A DNA stretch of 61,673 nt, filler included, from Alphaproteobacteria bacterium (GTDB taxonomy: Bacteria; Pseudomonadota; Alphaproteobacteria; Caedimonadales; UBA9215): NCBI GenBank assembly GCA_024280495.1. It is 11 parts of 11 records of this genome, joined end to end, with 100 filler letters (N's around TTAATTAATTAA, not from the genome) between each part and the next. Parts side by side here need not be neighbours in the genome. Positions count along the whole stretch, not along the records: positions 1 to 3,074 come from JAJRPZ010000074.1; positions 3,175 to 6,706 come from JAJRPZ010000075.1; positions 6,807 to 11,136 come from JAJRPZ010000076.1; 8 more parts are not named here. The stretch is one strand, 5' to 3'. The notes beneath the pieces were generated by a model that was not told the DNA's origin, made no database searches, and saw nothing but the letters and a program-made list of their open reading frames with translations. Below are positions 1-9,551 of this stretch, piece by piece (within the stretch, counting starts at the first letter, position 1; every line of letters begins with the position of its first letter). The position numbers and the translations under genes are program-made.

Positions 1-153
1 GCCCGAGGCTTGCTCTACTTCATGATCAGAATCCTTGAAAGGGACATTCAATGCCTTTGACAAATAACGACCGATACTGGTTTTACCAACTCCCATCATG
101 CCTACGAGTACAATGGTTTTAGAGATTTCTATGGTCGGTTTTGGGTAAGACAC
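1..153 (-). CDS. aroK: Shikimate kinase, N-terminal part (runs off the window start)
   Basis: Manual translation from GTG at 153 gives [51 protein letters not shown], with the P-loop GMMGVGKT and the DSD motif. Divergent from xerD, the usual alphaproteobacterial arrangement. Confidence 0.9.
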   Translation of the reverse strand, partial: MSYPKPTIEISKTIVLVGMMGVGKTSIGRYLSKALNVPFKDSDHEVEQASG

Positions 154-274
154 CTTTTGATTCCTTTTATTTAATACCTTTAATTTCTAACAGAACATTT
201 TAATTTTGGCTATGGGTATGATATAAATTAAACAAGAAATTTTAAATTATTTTTTCCAGCAGGAGATAACACAC

Positions 275-415
275 ATGGGTCTTGGGCTAAAACTCTTTTG
301 GGGCGCTATTCTCACCTTTATAATAGTTGGTTTTATTTACCTTGCAACCATAGGTCTTCCTTCTCCAGCAGTTGAAGTGCGCAAAAAAATCGACATTCAA
401 GCACGTTTAACTTAA
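275..415 (+). CDS. Small 46-aa single-pass membrane protein (not in the ORF track)
   Basis: AGGAG RBS at 261-265, ATG at 275, MGLGLKLFWGAILTFIIVGFIYLATIGLPSPAVEVRKKIDIQARLT, TAA at 413-415. Ends 8 nt before xerD. Confidence 0.75.
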   Translation: MGLGLKLFWGAILTFIIVGFIYLATIGLPSPAVEVRKKIDIQARLT

Positions 416-423
416 ATTATTTC

Positions 424-1377
424 ATGTCTGGATTCATCGATATATTTCTCGAAAGCCTTTTAACTGAAAGGGGGTACGCCAAAAACACCCTCGAAGCCTA
501 TGGGCGAGACCTCAAAGATTTTAAAACCTTCCAAAAAGAAGTTCCTTTAGATCAAATAACGCCTAATCACATTAGGTCTTATTTGAAAACTCTTCATTCC
601 CGTGCCCTCGAATCAAAATCCATTGCAAGGCGCTTATCTGCCCTTCGACAATTTTATCGATTTTTATATGAACAAAAAAACATGGCAACAAATCCAACCC
701 TAGATATAGATATACCGAAAATTGGGAAAAACCTTCCTAAAACCTTGACCACAGAAGAAATATCAAGCCTTATCCAAGGCGCCTATGACGGTGTTATAAG
801 TGATAAAGAGCCTGAACAAAAACGTCTTATTTGTTTCTTAGAACTTTTATATGCATCGGGTCTAAGGGTATCAGAATTGGTAACCCTTCCCTTATCGGGG
901 GTCCTTTCTGCCTTACGATCCAATGACACGCCACTCCCCCTTTTTATTACAGGTAAAGGCAACAAAGAGCGCGTTGTATTGCTGTCAGAATCATCCATTC
1001 AAGCTCTTCGATCTTATATAAAAATACGTGGCGCTTTCCTTCAATATCAGAAAGACGACAACCCTTTTCTCTTTCCTTCAACGGGCGCAGATAGCCATTT
1101 AACAAGGCAACGTATAGGACAACTTTTAAAAAACCTAGCCATCGCCGTTGGCCTAGCTCCATGGAAAATATCACCCCACATCATAAGGCACGCCTTTGCG
1201 AGCCATATGTTGCATAATGGTGCAGACCTTATTTCCCTTCAAGCCCTTTTGGGGCATAGTGATATTAGCACAACAGAGATTTATACTCACCTCCAAAGGG
1301 ACTCTTTAGAACAAGCCGTTTTACAGCACCACCCCCTTTCAATCTTGTCAAAAAGCAAAAAAAACTCTATGACTTAA
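424..1377 (+). CDS. xerD: Site-specific tyrosine recombinase XerD
   Basis: ERGYAKNTLEAYGRDL, LYASGLRVSEL, GKGNKER, SPHIIRHAFASH and LGHSDISTTEIYTH (R-K-H-R-H-Y set). Lies upstream of accA. Confidence 0.9.
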   Translation: MSGFIDIFLESLLTERGYAKNTLEAYGRDLKDFKTFQKEVPLDQITPNHIRSYLKTLHSRALESKSIARRLSALRQFYRFLYEQKNMATNPTLDIDIPKIGKNLPKTLTTEEISSLIQGAYDGVISDKEPEQKRLICFLELLYASGLRVSELVTLPLSGVLSALRSNDTPLPLFITGKGNKERVVLLSESSIQALRSYIKIRGAFLQYQKDDNPFLFPSTGADSHLTRQRIGQLLKNLAIAVGLAPWKISPHIIRHAFASHMLHNGADLISLQALLGHSDISTTEIYTHLQRDSLEQAVLQHHPLSILSKSKKNSMT

Positions 1378-1403
1378 AAAGAATCATTTAGTAGGATATA
1401 ACC

Positions 1404-2357
1404 ATGGTTACCCCTCTTGAATTTGAAAAAAACATTGCTGATCTTGAATCCAAACTCAATGCCCTGCGTCGTTTGTCTGAAAACGACAGCATAAATATCA
1501 CAAAAGAAATCGCAAAAATTGAAACTAAGCTTCAAAAGCTTTTGGGAAATAAATATAAAAACCTTTCCCCTTGGGAAACGGTTCTTGTGGCCCGTCACCC
1601 TGAACGCCCTCATTTTAAAAATTTCCTCGAGGGGCTTTTTACTCATTTCGAAGATTTGTCAGGAGATCGCTGTTTTGGCGAAGATCGCGCACTTTTTGGC
1701 GGCCTTGCACGTTTTGGAGATATTCCTGTTATGGTTATTGGCCTTGAAAAAGGATCTGATACGGAATCCAGAATTATTCATAATTTCGGCATGCCTAAAC
1801 CCGAAGGATACCGTAAAGCCGCTCGTCTCATGAAGATGGCGGACCAATTTGGCCTCCCCCTTATTACATTTATAGACACGTCAGGGGCACATCCAGGCAT
1901 TGAAGCCGAGGAACGTGGGCAAGCAGAAGCCATTGCAAAATCCATCGAAACAATGATGACTTTATCCGTTCCTACAATTACAATTGTGACAGGTGAAGGT
2001 GGATCAGGCGGGGCCATTGCCATTGCCGTTGGCAATGAAATTCATATGCTCGAGCACTCTATTTATTCCGTTGTATCTCCTGAAGGGTGTGCCTCTATTC
2101 TATGGCGGACATCCGATAAAAAACAAGACGCGGCGGCGGCTCAAAAATTCACAGCAGCCAACCTCAAAAAACTTAAAATTATTGACTCTATTATTCAAGA
2201 ACCACTTGGGGGTGCCCATCGTAATCATAAAGCAACCATAAACTCGGTTCGTACTGCCATCCAAGGTTCATTGAAAATATTATTAGAAAAATCACCAAAA
2301 GATCTCAAAGCCCACCGCATGGAAAAATTCCTTGCCATGGGAAAAATCGGTCTTTAA
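1404..2357 (+). CDS. accA: Acetyl-CoA carboxylase carboxyltransferase alpha subunit
   Basis: ARHPERP, NFGMPKPEGYRKA, AEERGQAEAIA, GEGGSGGA and YSVVSPEGCASILW. Confidence 0.97.
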   Translation: MVTPLEFEKNIADLESKLNALRRLSENDSINITKEIAKIETKLQKLLGNKYKNLSPWETVLVARHPERPHFKNFLEGLFTHFEDLSGDRCFGEDRALFGGLARFGDIPVMVIGLEKGSDTESRIIHNFGMPKPEGYRKAARLMKMADQFGLPLITFIDTSGAHPGIEAEERGQAEAIAKSIETMMTLSVPTITIVTGEGGSGGAIAIAVGNEIHMLEHSIYSVVSPEGCASILWRTSDKKQDAAAAQKFTAANLKKLKIIDSIIQEPLGGAHRNHKATINSVRTAIQGSLKILLEKSPKDLKAHRMEKFLAMGKIGL

Positions 2358-2419
2358 AATGCCAATAAGTAAAACTTTATATAGCTATATAAAAATATAA
2401 ACCAAACTAAATACGCCCC

Positions 2420-2809
2420 ATGAAAAACATTGAACTTAAAAATATAAAAGAAGCAACCAGTCCCTCCGAATTTAAAAGAGGACTCGAATATTACGAAAAA
2501 AACCATGTTTTACAATGGGGATTTAACCCTAAGGAAAAGGGAAAATTTTCCATAGTGAAGGGCAAAGAACTCTATAAACAAGAAATAACTTTATATGATT
2601 ATGATATTGATGGTGAATGTTCTTGCCCTATGACTTATAACTGTAAACATGTTGCTGCTGTTTTGATTGCTATTTATTATGACCGTGTCAACAATGAAAC
2701 TCCTTCAGTTTCTTCTGCCCTTAGTTACGAATCAATAAACTGGTTAAATACTCTTGACAACAGTCTTTCAAAGAAAAAAATAACAAAAAAGATCAAATCC
2801 TTCCTGATA
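2420..2809 (+). pseudogene. SWIM zinc-finger protein (probably the N-terminus of a SWIM-SNF2 helicase) cut by an IS3-family element
   Basis: Contains GECSCPMTYNCKHVAAVL (CxCxnCxH SWIM motif). The ORF runs into the IS end at about 2810 and stops inside it at 2857. Confidence 0.65.
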
Positions 2810-3074
2810 TGTAACACCATTATACACTTCACTTGGAGTGTGTCCATTGAAGGTTGAATGGGGACGTTTGTCGTTATAAAACTCAAAATATTCCCCAATT
2901 TCTTTCCGGGCTTCAGTACCGCCAGAGAACTGTTTTAGATAAACGCACTCATACTTTGTAGACCGCCAAAGCCTCTCTATGAATATGTTATCCATCCATC
3001 GGCCTTTGCCATCCATAGAGATTTGAATATCGTGTTCCTTCAGAACATTTGTAAAAGAGATGCTGGTAAATTGA
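2810..3074 (-). mobile_element. IS3-family insertion sequence, right end with transposase C-terminus (cut by the contig end)
   Basis: Frame 3073->2768 reads QFTSISFTNVLKEHDIQISMDGKGRWMDNIFIERLWRSTKYE...YNDKRPHSTFNGHTP, typical of IS3 OrfB. Putative terminal 5'-TGTAACACC at 2810. Confidence 0.88.
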
Positions 3075-3174
3075 NNNNNNNNNNNNNNNNNNNNNNNNNN
3101 NNNNNNNNNNNNNNNNNNTTAATTAATTAANNNNNNNNNNNNNNNNNNNNNNNNNNNNNNNNNNNNNNNNNNNN
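3075..3174. other. Artificial contig spacer
   Basis: N44-TTAATTAATTAA-N44. Confidence 0.99.
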
Positions 3175-3207
3175 AAGGGTGTTCCCACAAAATTTTAAGG
3201 ATAAACT

Positions 3208-3954
3208 ATGAAACTAAAATTTCTTGCGACGGAACCTGATTTAATAGATTTGAGAGCTAATTTGGCCACGAGACAATGGATGGATGAAACCAGTGAGAGT
3301 TTTGCGTATCGCTGTCTCCCCTTAAATATTGCCAATGCTTACGGTTGGTCATTTCATCTTAAACAGGATCTTGTTGTTCATTGGAATGGCGGACGGGCGA
3401 TAGATGATATCACCATTAAATCAGATGAAGATGTTTCACGGGTAGTGGCCAGTATATTTGGCCACGGTATTATTACCTTCCACACGCATGGACTTTTTCA
3501 AACTGAACCAGGGTGGAGTTTGATGGCTTCTGGCCCTGCCAATACGCCAAAAGATGGCATCAGCCCACTATCTGGTATTATCGAGACGGATTGGTCACCC
3601 TTTAGCTTTACCATGAACTGGAAAATTACGAGACCTAACCAGTGGATTTCATTTAAAAAGGAAGACGCCTTTTGCAGTATTTTTCCTATACAACGCGGTG
3701 CTTTAGAATCTATAGAACCTGAACTTTTACCGATTGAAAGTGATCCAGATCTAAAAGAGGAGCATGATCTATGGGGCGCGGCACGCAAAAAGTTTAATGC
3801 CGATCTTGAAAAGGACGGTAGCTACGCGCAACAAGAAAAATGGCAAAAATCATATTACCGCGGTAAGCGTCCTGACGGATCACCTGGCGCAGAAGATCAT
3901 ATCATTAAATTGAGACTACAAGAGTTCAAGAAAAAACTCACCCCTACGCAATAG
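3208..3954 (+). CDS. DUF6065-like protein
   Basis: RQWMD...FAYRCLPLNIANAYGW, SIFGHGIITFH, GPANTPKDGISPLSGIIETDWSPFSFTMNWK and WQKSYYRG match my recollection of this family. Confidence 0.75.
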   Translation: MKLKFLATEPDLIDLRANLATRQWMDETSESFAYRCLPLNIANAYGWSFHLKQDLVVHWNGGRAIDDITIKSDEDVSRVVASIFGHGIITFHTHGLFQTEPGWSLMASGPANTPKDGISPLSGIIETDWSPFSFTMNWKITRPNQWISFKKEDAFCSIFPIQRGALESIEPELLPIESDPDLKEEHDLWGAARKKFNADLEKDGSYAQQEKWQKSYYRGKRPDGSPGAEDHIIKLRLQEFKKKLTPTQ

Positions 3955-6289
3955 TCTCTGAAACTGGTTTTAACGGCAGGTTTAAGACAACTTTTGTGCC
4001 TTTTTCCTTTTCAGATGTGATGGAGACTGCGCCGCTGTGAAGCTCTATAATATTCTTCACTAGTGATAGTCCTAAGCCAGCACCACGCGATAATGAATTG
4101 GATGACATATCGGTGCGATGCTCAATAACAGCGCGTTCGAAAGGTTCAAAAATTCGCTCAAGATCTGCCTTTGAAATTCCTATACCCGTATCAGAAATAG
4201 AAAATTCTATTGCATCATTTAGGCGTTTGGCTGCAATGGTTATTTTTCCCTTTTCAGGAGTGAAGCTAATGGCGTTGTGCATAAGATTGAGAAGAACTTG
4301 TTTAATTCTACGTTCATCTGCCATGACTGTGCCAATATTTTTTGGGCAATCGAGCGTGACATCAATATTTTCTTTACGCGCCCATTCTCCTGTCAATTCA
4401 TGAATGGATTCCAATGTATCAAGAACATTAAATTCATCCATTGTTAAATCAAGATAGCCTGCTTCAATGGTTGAAAGATCTAGGATATCATCAATTAGAT
4501 GGACTAGTTTATCCCCTGCCTCTTGAATGCCAGAGCTATATTCTTTTTGTTTTTTATTCAAATCACCAAAATACTGATTATCAAGAATTTCAGCAAAGCC
4601 CATAATAGCGTTAAGGGGGGTACGCAGTTGGTAAGATACGTTTGCCAGGAAATCTGTTTTTAATTTTTCAGCGGCCTCAAGCGCAGAATTTTTTTCTCGT
4701 AAGGCGTTTTCTACCTGGGCGGAATCTGTGACATCAAAATAGGATATAAGAACACCACCATCTGGCAAGGGAACGGTTGCATATTCAAGTAGTGTTCCAT
4801 CTGTTTTGATGCAGCGGCCTTCCTGAACATTACGTTCAATAGCATGAGAGATTAGGAGTTTCTTTTTTTCTTCTTGTTTTTCTGAGTTGAAGAGAACGAC
4901 CATACGTTCTACTAGGGTTGTGATATGGGGTTCTCCTTCTAAATCTTCAGGATGGAGTCCCCATAGGTCAGCAAAAGAAGGATTGGAAAGTTTCAAGCGA
5001 CCATCACCGCCATATACGGCAACGCCCTCGGCCAAATTATCCAGTGTTTCTTTTTGAACGGCGATGAGCGTGTTGTAAGAAGATTCTAGTTCCAGTCGGC
5101 TGGTGACATCTTCAAAGGTCATCATCAATCCACCCATTGGATGAGGAACAACAAGTAAGCGCAAGGCGCTGCCATCAGGCAGGTAGAGCATATCTTCATG
5201 AGGGTCGATGAGGCGGGTAAACATGTCCAGCCAGCCTTTTTTATAATTCCTAAAATCTGCTTGTTCTGGCAGGCGGCGGGTTTCTCTTAATTTTTCGAGA
5301 ATATCACCTAATTTTGGACGAGTATTAAGCCATTGATCCTCCAACCCCCACAATTCAGCAAAAGAAGAATTAAAAAATTCTAATTGTTGGTCGGAATTAA
5401 AGATAGCGATGGCTGATCGTAATTGTTCCAATAAGGTTTTATTTGCTGCCTGATGTCTTTGCAGTTCTGTGTTCAATTCATCTTCACGGGTGAGATCATG
5501 TGCCATACCAAAAGTATAATCACAGCCAGGAAGGGGGTTTTCATTTATTTCTACATAATGCCTTTTACCATCAGCAATAAGATGGCAATTTTCTTGTTGG
5601 GGCACACCTTTTTCTAGCGCTTGCTTTGCCAGTTCTTTTGGTTTTTTTATTTTTCCTTTTTTCTTGTTTTTTGGTGTGGTTGAAATTTCAATTTGTTTAA
5701 CAATAACAGTTGCAGGGCTGTTTCCAACAATTTGAGCATAAGTTTTATTACACCAAACAATGTCTGTTTTAGCATTCCGCATCCACATAGGGCATGGGAG
5801 AGTGTCGAGAGCACTTTTAAGTTTTTCAACTTCTTGTTCAAATTGGTTGCGTGATTTTTGTAGGGAAAAGATTTTTTTATTATCTTCAGTAATATTTTCT
5901 GTCCAAATAATGTTAAAAGAATCCTGCCCGTTCAGCGCTTGTCCTTGTGATCCGGAAATACGTATATTTTTTTTACTTAGTGTTTCAACATCAATAGAAA
6001 AATTCTTTTTTTCTTCCTGAAGGCGGATGAACATTCCCTCTAAAACGGCAGCATCGCTCGTGCTTAGGGCATGTTGGATATCGTGGATGCTTTCAAGTTG
6101 ATCTATTTCCAGAAGGGTTAAAAAATTCTGACTGTAGATAAGGCTGCCATCTTTGGCAAAACCACAATATTCACCAGGAACAGCGGCTAAAAACGCTTCC
6201 AGGCGGTCTTTCTCAAGATGTAGTTGGTCTGCCCCTGTGAGGGTTCCTAAAATACGGCGCATAGAACTTTGAGGGGCATTTTGTCTCAT
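3944..6289 (-). CDS. divL: DivL-like multi-PAS pseudo-histidine kinase
   Basis: Several PAS domains, then HisKA and HATPase_c (N box QVLLNLMHNA, DTGIG, GAGLGL). The H-box reads NVSYQLRTPL, with Tyr in place of the phospho-accepting His, the DivL hallmark. Confidence 0.8.
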   Translation of the reverse strand: MRQNAPQSSMRRILGTLTGADQLHLEKDRLEAFLAAVPGEYCGFAKDGSLIYSQNFLTLLEIDQLESIHDIQHALSTSDAAVLEGMFIRLQEEKKNFSIDVETLSKKNIRISGSQGQALNGQDSFNIIWTENITEDNKKIFSLQKSRNQFEQEVEKLKSALDTLPCPMWMRNAKTDIVWCNKTYAQIVGNSPATVIVKQIEISTTPKNKKKGKIKKPKELAKQALEKGVPQQENCHLIADGKRHYVEINENPLPGCDYTFGMAHDLTREDELNTELQRHQAANKTLLEQLRSAIAIFNSDQQLEFFNSSFAELWGLEDQWLNTRPKLGDILEKLRETRRLPEQADFRNYKKGWLDMFTRLIDPHEDMLYLPDGSALRLLVVPHPMGGLMMTFEDVTSRLELESSYNTLIAVQKETLDNLAEGVAVYGGDGRLKLSNPSFADLWGLHPEDLEGEPHITTLVERMVVLFNSEKQEEKKKLLISHAIERNVQEGRCIKTDGTLLEYATVPLPDGGVLISYFDVTDSAQVENALREKNSALEAAEKLKTDFLANVSYQLRTPLNAIMGFAEILDNQYFGDLNKKQKEYSSGIQEAGDKLVHLIDDILDLSTIEAGYLDLTMDEFNVLDTLESIHELTGEWARKENIDVTLDCPKNIGTVMADERRIKQVLLNLMHNAISFTPEKGKITIAAKRLNDAIEFSISDTGIGISKADLERIFEPFERAVIEHRTDMSSNSLSRGAGLGLSLVKNIIELHSGAVSITSEKEKGTKVVLNLPLKPVSETIA

Positions 6290-6354
6290 GGTTAAAGTGT
6301 AAAAGCGGGAGAGGAAAAGAACAAGGCCTTAGCGTGAGTATTACTCGACTATCC

Positions 6355-6705
6355 TTAAAGGATGATAGTGCGCTTGCCATGCAGGAAAATGCGCCGTTCG
6401 GCATAAAGTCTTATGGCATCTGCCAAAACATGGCTTTCTGTGTCACGCCCCAGTGTCTGCATTTTCTGTGGTGTATGGCTATGGTCTACAGGAACGATAG
6501 ATTGGGTAATAATTGGCCCTTCATCAAGGTTGGCTGTGGCAAAGTGGGCTGTCGCCCCAATAATTTTCACTCCGCGCTCATATGCTTGATGGTAGGGCCT
6601 CGCGCCTTTAAAACCCGGTAGGAAGGAGTGGTGAATATTGATAACGCGTCCCTGATAAGTGGTACAAAATTCTTCTGACAATATTTGCATATAGCGCGCC
6701 AGAAT
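6355..6705 (-). CDS. purU: Formyltetrahydrofolate deformylase, C-terminal part
   Basis: LARYMQILS, INIHHSFLPGFKGARPYHQAYERGVKIIGATAHF and LDEGPII. Confidence 0.95.
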   Translation of the reverse strand: MLARYMQILSEEFCTTYQGRVINIHHSFLPGFKGARPYHQAYERGVKIIGATAHFATANLDEGPIITQSIVPVDHSHTPQKMQTLGRDTESHVLADAIRLYAERRIFLHGKRTIIL

Positions 6706-6706
6706 G

Positions 6707-6806
6707 NNNNNNNNNNNNNNNNNNNNNNNNNNNNNNNNNNNNNNNNNNNNTTAATTAATTAANNNNNNNNNNNNNNNNNNNNNNNNNNNNNNNNNNNNNN
6801 NNNNNN
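6707..6806. other. Artificial contig spacer
   Basis: N44-TTAATTAATTAA-N44. Confidence 0.99.
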
Positions 6807-7299
6807 CACTATGATGTATTTTATGAAACTCCCAGATGACAGGGATTTTATGGGCGATGTAATGGACATAGAAAAAGACAAAGTCTTTGGCAATAAAAAG
6901 GGTCAGTGTTAAGCCAATGGCGGCCAAAACAGCAGGGCTACCAGAAGCTTGACCCGTGACACCAAGACTGGCGAAGAAGGAGACAATCCAATCTGTCGTG
7001 AGGGAAAATTGATCTGTGATCACCTTAATTAAAGCAAACAAGATGAAGGGATTGAGAAATAAAATAAAATAGTCATTTTGTGCGCTACGGCTTGTCCATG
7101 TTTTTTTATCGGTCAAAGACTGCCAAACGTTCTTTTTTAAGGACATTTTAGCTTGAAAAAACCAAACGAGTAGAAGTCCTGAAATGAGGTGGAGATAGAA
7201 AAATCTTGTATCAGCAGAGGCGAAAAGTTTGACAAAAGGGGTGAGGATAGCCGTCAAAATAGAATCGATTATGAGGTTGAAAAAGTTGAATATTTCCAT
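6807..7299 (-). CDS. Sterol desaturase / fatty-acid hydroxylase family protein, N-terminal part
   Basis: Membrane segments plus the His boxes HYIAH and HKIHHS. Cut by the contig end; start taken at ATG 7299. Confidence 0.8.
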
Positions 7300-7594
7300 T
7301 TCTTTATGCCCTTGCAAGTAAAATTATTTATTTTATAGTAACGATAAGATATGAATATTAAGTTTACTTGTATGTGTTGATAATACCTACATGTATTACT
7401 TGATTCGTTTTTATTGAGTATATTTGTGGCGGAGAAGGAAGTGCTATATGAGTGTTTATTTAAGGGGGATAGAGACCGTTATACGGGATCTTAATAAAAT
7501 ATCTTATTTCGACCCCATAAGGGTAATATTTTTTACGCATTATTCATATAAAACAAGAGGATAGTTAGTTGTTCTTTTGCTAGGGGGTGTTTGA

Positions 7595-8653
7595 ATGTTG
7601 CGTATTTCTTTGGCGGTTTCTACCGTTTTATGTACGAGTTTCTTTTCAATGTCACAAGTGAGTTATGCCGAAACGGTCTCATTGAGTATTGGGTCTGGGG
7701 ATACAAAAATCAGACATTTGTCAGGAAAAAAACGTCACTATCGGCGTAGACGCGCACCTAAGAGAGTAACTCGTAAAAGGGTTTCTTCCAAAAAAGTGAC
7801 GATTCGTGCTGCCACAATCGCGCCAATCGGAATCCACCGCGCACAAAGCTCTGCATCCATAAGCCATGTTGCCCCAAAAGTTATTGCCTTACCTGTCGCA
7901 GCTGTGAGGAAGCTACAGGTAAAACCTGCTTTGAGAAAGAAAAGAAGTACAAAGCCTCAAGACCTTGCGCCAATTCAGCGTAGAGCATCCATCCAACGGC
8001 CTCAGCTTGGTTTAGTGAAGGTTAAACCTCATTCTAAATCTGGTGCGAAGCCAAGTTTTCAGGTTAAAGAGACGCCTAAATATGTATTTTTGCCTCAGCA
8101 TAAGGTCATAAAGCCGACGCCAGCACCAAAGTCCCAATTATTATCTGGGGTTAAGTTTCAACGCGCGTCTGTTCTAAAGCTTAACGCGCCCGTTGAGTCT
8201 CAGCCTATGCTTCAAGTCCGAAACAAACCAGAACTTAGGCCAGAGTTCGTAGTTCAAATATACGCGAAGCCGATGCTTAAACCAAAGCAGAAGTCTGCTC
8301 AAAGGCGCGTTTATGAGAGATATGTTGCAGATCTGAAAGCACATAAAGATTTTAGGGCTGTGGTTGAAAAATATACCTCATTCAAGAAGCAGTCGAGTAT
8401 GTTGAAACTGCTCAATTATCCTGAAGAGATGAGAGAGAACACTTTAAAGATGATTATCTCTTCTCATAAATGTATGGCGTTAACCTTTTTAAGCGAAGAA
8501 CTAATTTCGAAGAGAAAGGCGATCGTGAGTTATGAGACAAAAGATTTGTGTGGTCATAGTACAAGCGGAGCGAAGTATGAGGTGGTTGAACTGATTTCAG
8601 AGCAAAACCACTGGAAGATTAATCGGATTACGATGACCAATATGTTAAATTAA
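7595..8653 (+). CDS. Hypothetical exported, highly basic low-complexity protein
   Basis: 352-aa ORF with a signal-peptide-like N-terminus (..VSYA|E) and a long K/R/P-rich region. No family recognised. Confidence 0.6.
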   Translation: MLRISLAVSTVLCTSFFSMSQVSYAETVSLSIGSGDTKIRHLSGKKRHYRRRRAPKRVTRKRVSSKKVTIRAATIAPIGIHRAQSSASISHVAPKVIALPVAAVRKLQVKPALRKKRSTKPQDLAPIQRRASIQRPQLGLVKVKPHSKSGAKPSFQVKETPKYVFLPQHKVIKPTPAPKSQLLSGVKFQRASVLKLNAPVESQPMLQVRNKPELRPEFVVQIYAKPMLKPKQKSAQRRVYERYVADLKAHKDFRAVVEKYTSFKKQSSMLKLLNYPEEMRENTLKMIISSHKCMALTFLSEELISKRKAIVSYETKDLCGHSTSGAKYEVVELISEQNHWKINRITMTNMLN

Positions 8654-8837
8654 TTCTTCTTAAGGCTGTGTTCCAGCCTGTACCACATGCTTTACCGCCA
8701 AGGTAAGGTGTGATATTTTTGAACGGATGGGCTGGAAATCCCGTTTGCAAATTGGTCAGAGGGTCAAAGGCTTTCGCAGATGAGAAGATATTAATAAGCA
8801 GGAGCATACTGATAAAAACACGCAGATTTTTTGTCAT
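8628..8837 (-). CDS. Short exported protein, possibly a truncated gene
   Basis: AGGAGG RBS upstream of ATG 8837, signal peptide ending AKA|F and a CGTGWN motif. The 3' end overlaps the convergent gene. Confidence 0.5.
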   Translation of the reverse strand: MTKNLRVFISMLLLINIFSSAKAFDPLTNLQTGFPAHPFKNITPYLGGKACGTGWNTALRRINLTYWSS

Positions 8838-8872
8838 TTATGCCTCCTGAATATACTTGTGTCATTGAACCA

Positions 8873-9379
8873 TCAACCACCTGCAATTTGATTGCCGCGC
8901 TGGGCTGCATTGACCAAGGCTTCTTGAATTTTGATGGTAATGCGATTGGTATATGAGCCGAGTAAAAAAATATCAATAAAAACGATGATCAGCGCAAAAC
9001 CCCAAGCAAACATATCAAATGGACTGAGAGAAAAATCAAGCCAAACCGCATAAGGGGCTTCCAATATGGGCTGGGTTCTTGACATAATAAAAATGGTGCC
9101 AAGCACTAATAATGGAATGATCGAAAGCTTATCATCCAACCAAGCCTTGTTTTCTTTGTCACAGCAAATGACTTCGTGACAATGACGCAATGCGGCAAAG
9201 GCTTGAGTCACAAAATAATAGGCCGTAACGCTACAAAAAATAAAAATTCCTATCAGGTTTTCTTCTATTAAACCACCGCCGTAGAAAACAGAACCAAAGG
9301 TGAAAAACCAAATTAAAAAAAGTGAATAAGGAATAGCGAACCATTCAGAAAAAAATAGCGCAGAAAAAAATGACCTCAT
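8873..9379 (-). CDS. Hypothetical protein with about 4 transmembrane segments
   Basis: GGAGG RBS precedes ATG 9379 (MRSFFSALFF); four hydrophobic segments. Confidence 0.65.
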   Translation of the reverse strand: MRSFFSALFFSEWFAIPYSLFLIWFFTFGSVFYGGGLIEENLIGIFIFCSVTAYYFVTQAFAALRHCHEVICCDKENKAWLDDKLSIIPLLVLGTIFIMSRTQPILEAPYAVWLDFSLSPFDMFAWGFALIIVFIDIFLLGSYTNRITIKIQEALVNAAQRGNQIAGG

Positions 9380-9551
9380 GATTAAGCCTCCAGAAAGTGG
9401 GGAAAACATCCTGATAAAAAGAAAGAGCTTTGTTCCGTGCGCCGTTTTAGCTCAGTTAAGTAAATGCGTAATATTTTGGATATAGTGTTTTAAAAATAAA
9501 ATACAACTAGCAAAGTCTAAATTTTTTCGCACTTTTCCCCCGCCAAGCTTG

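Noticed and set aside
424..1377. Tyrosine recombinase as a phage or island integrase
   Set aside because: Motifs and the aroK-xerD-accA context identify housekeeping XerD.
2376..2393. Perfect 18-bp palindrome TTTATATAGCTATATAAA
   Set aside because: Very AT-rich and short. It could be an operator or collapsed element ends but cannot be told from chance.
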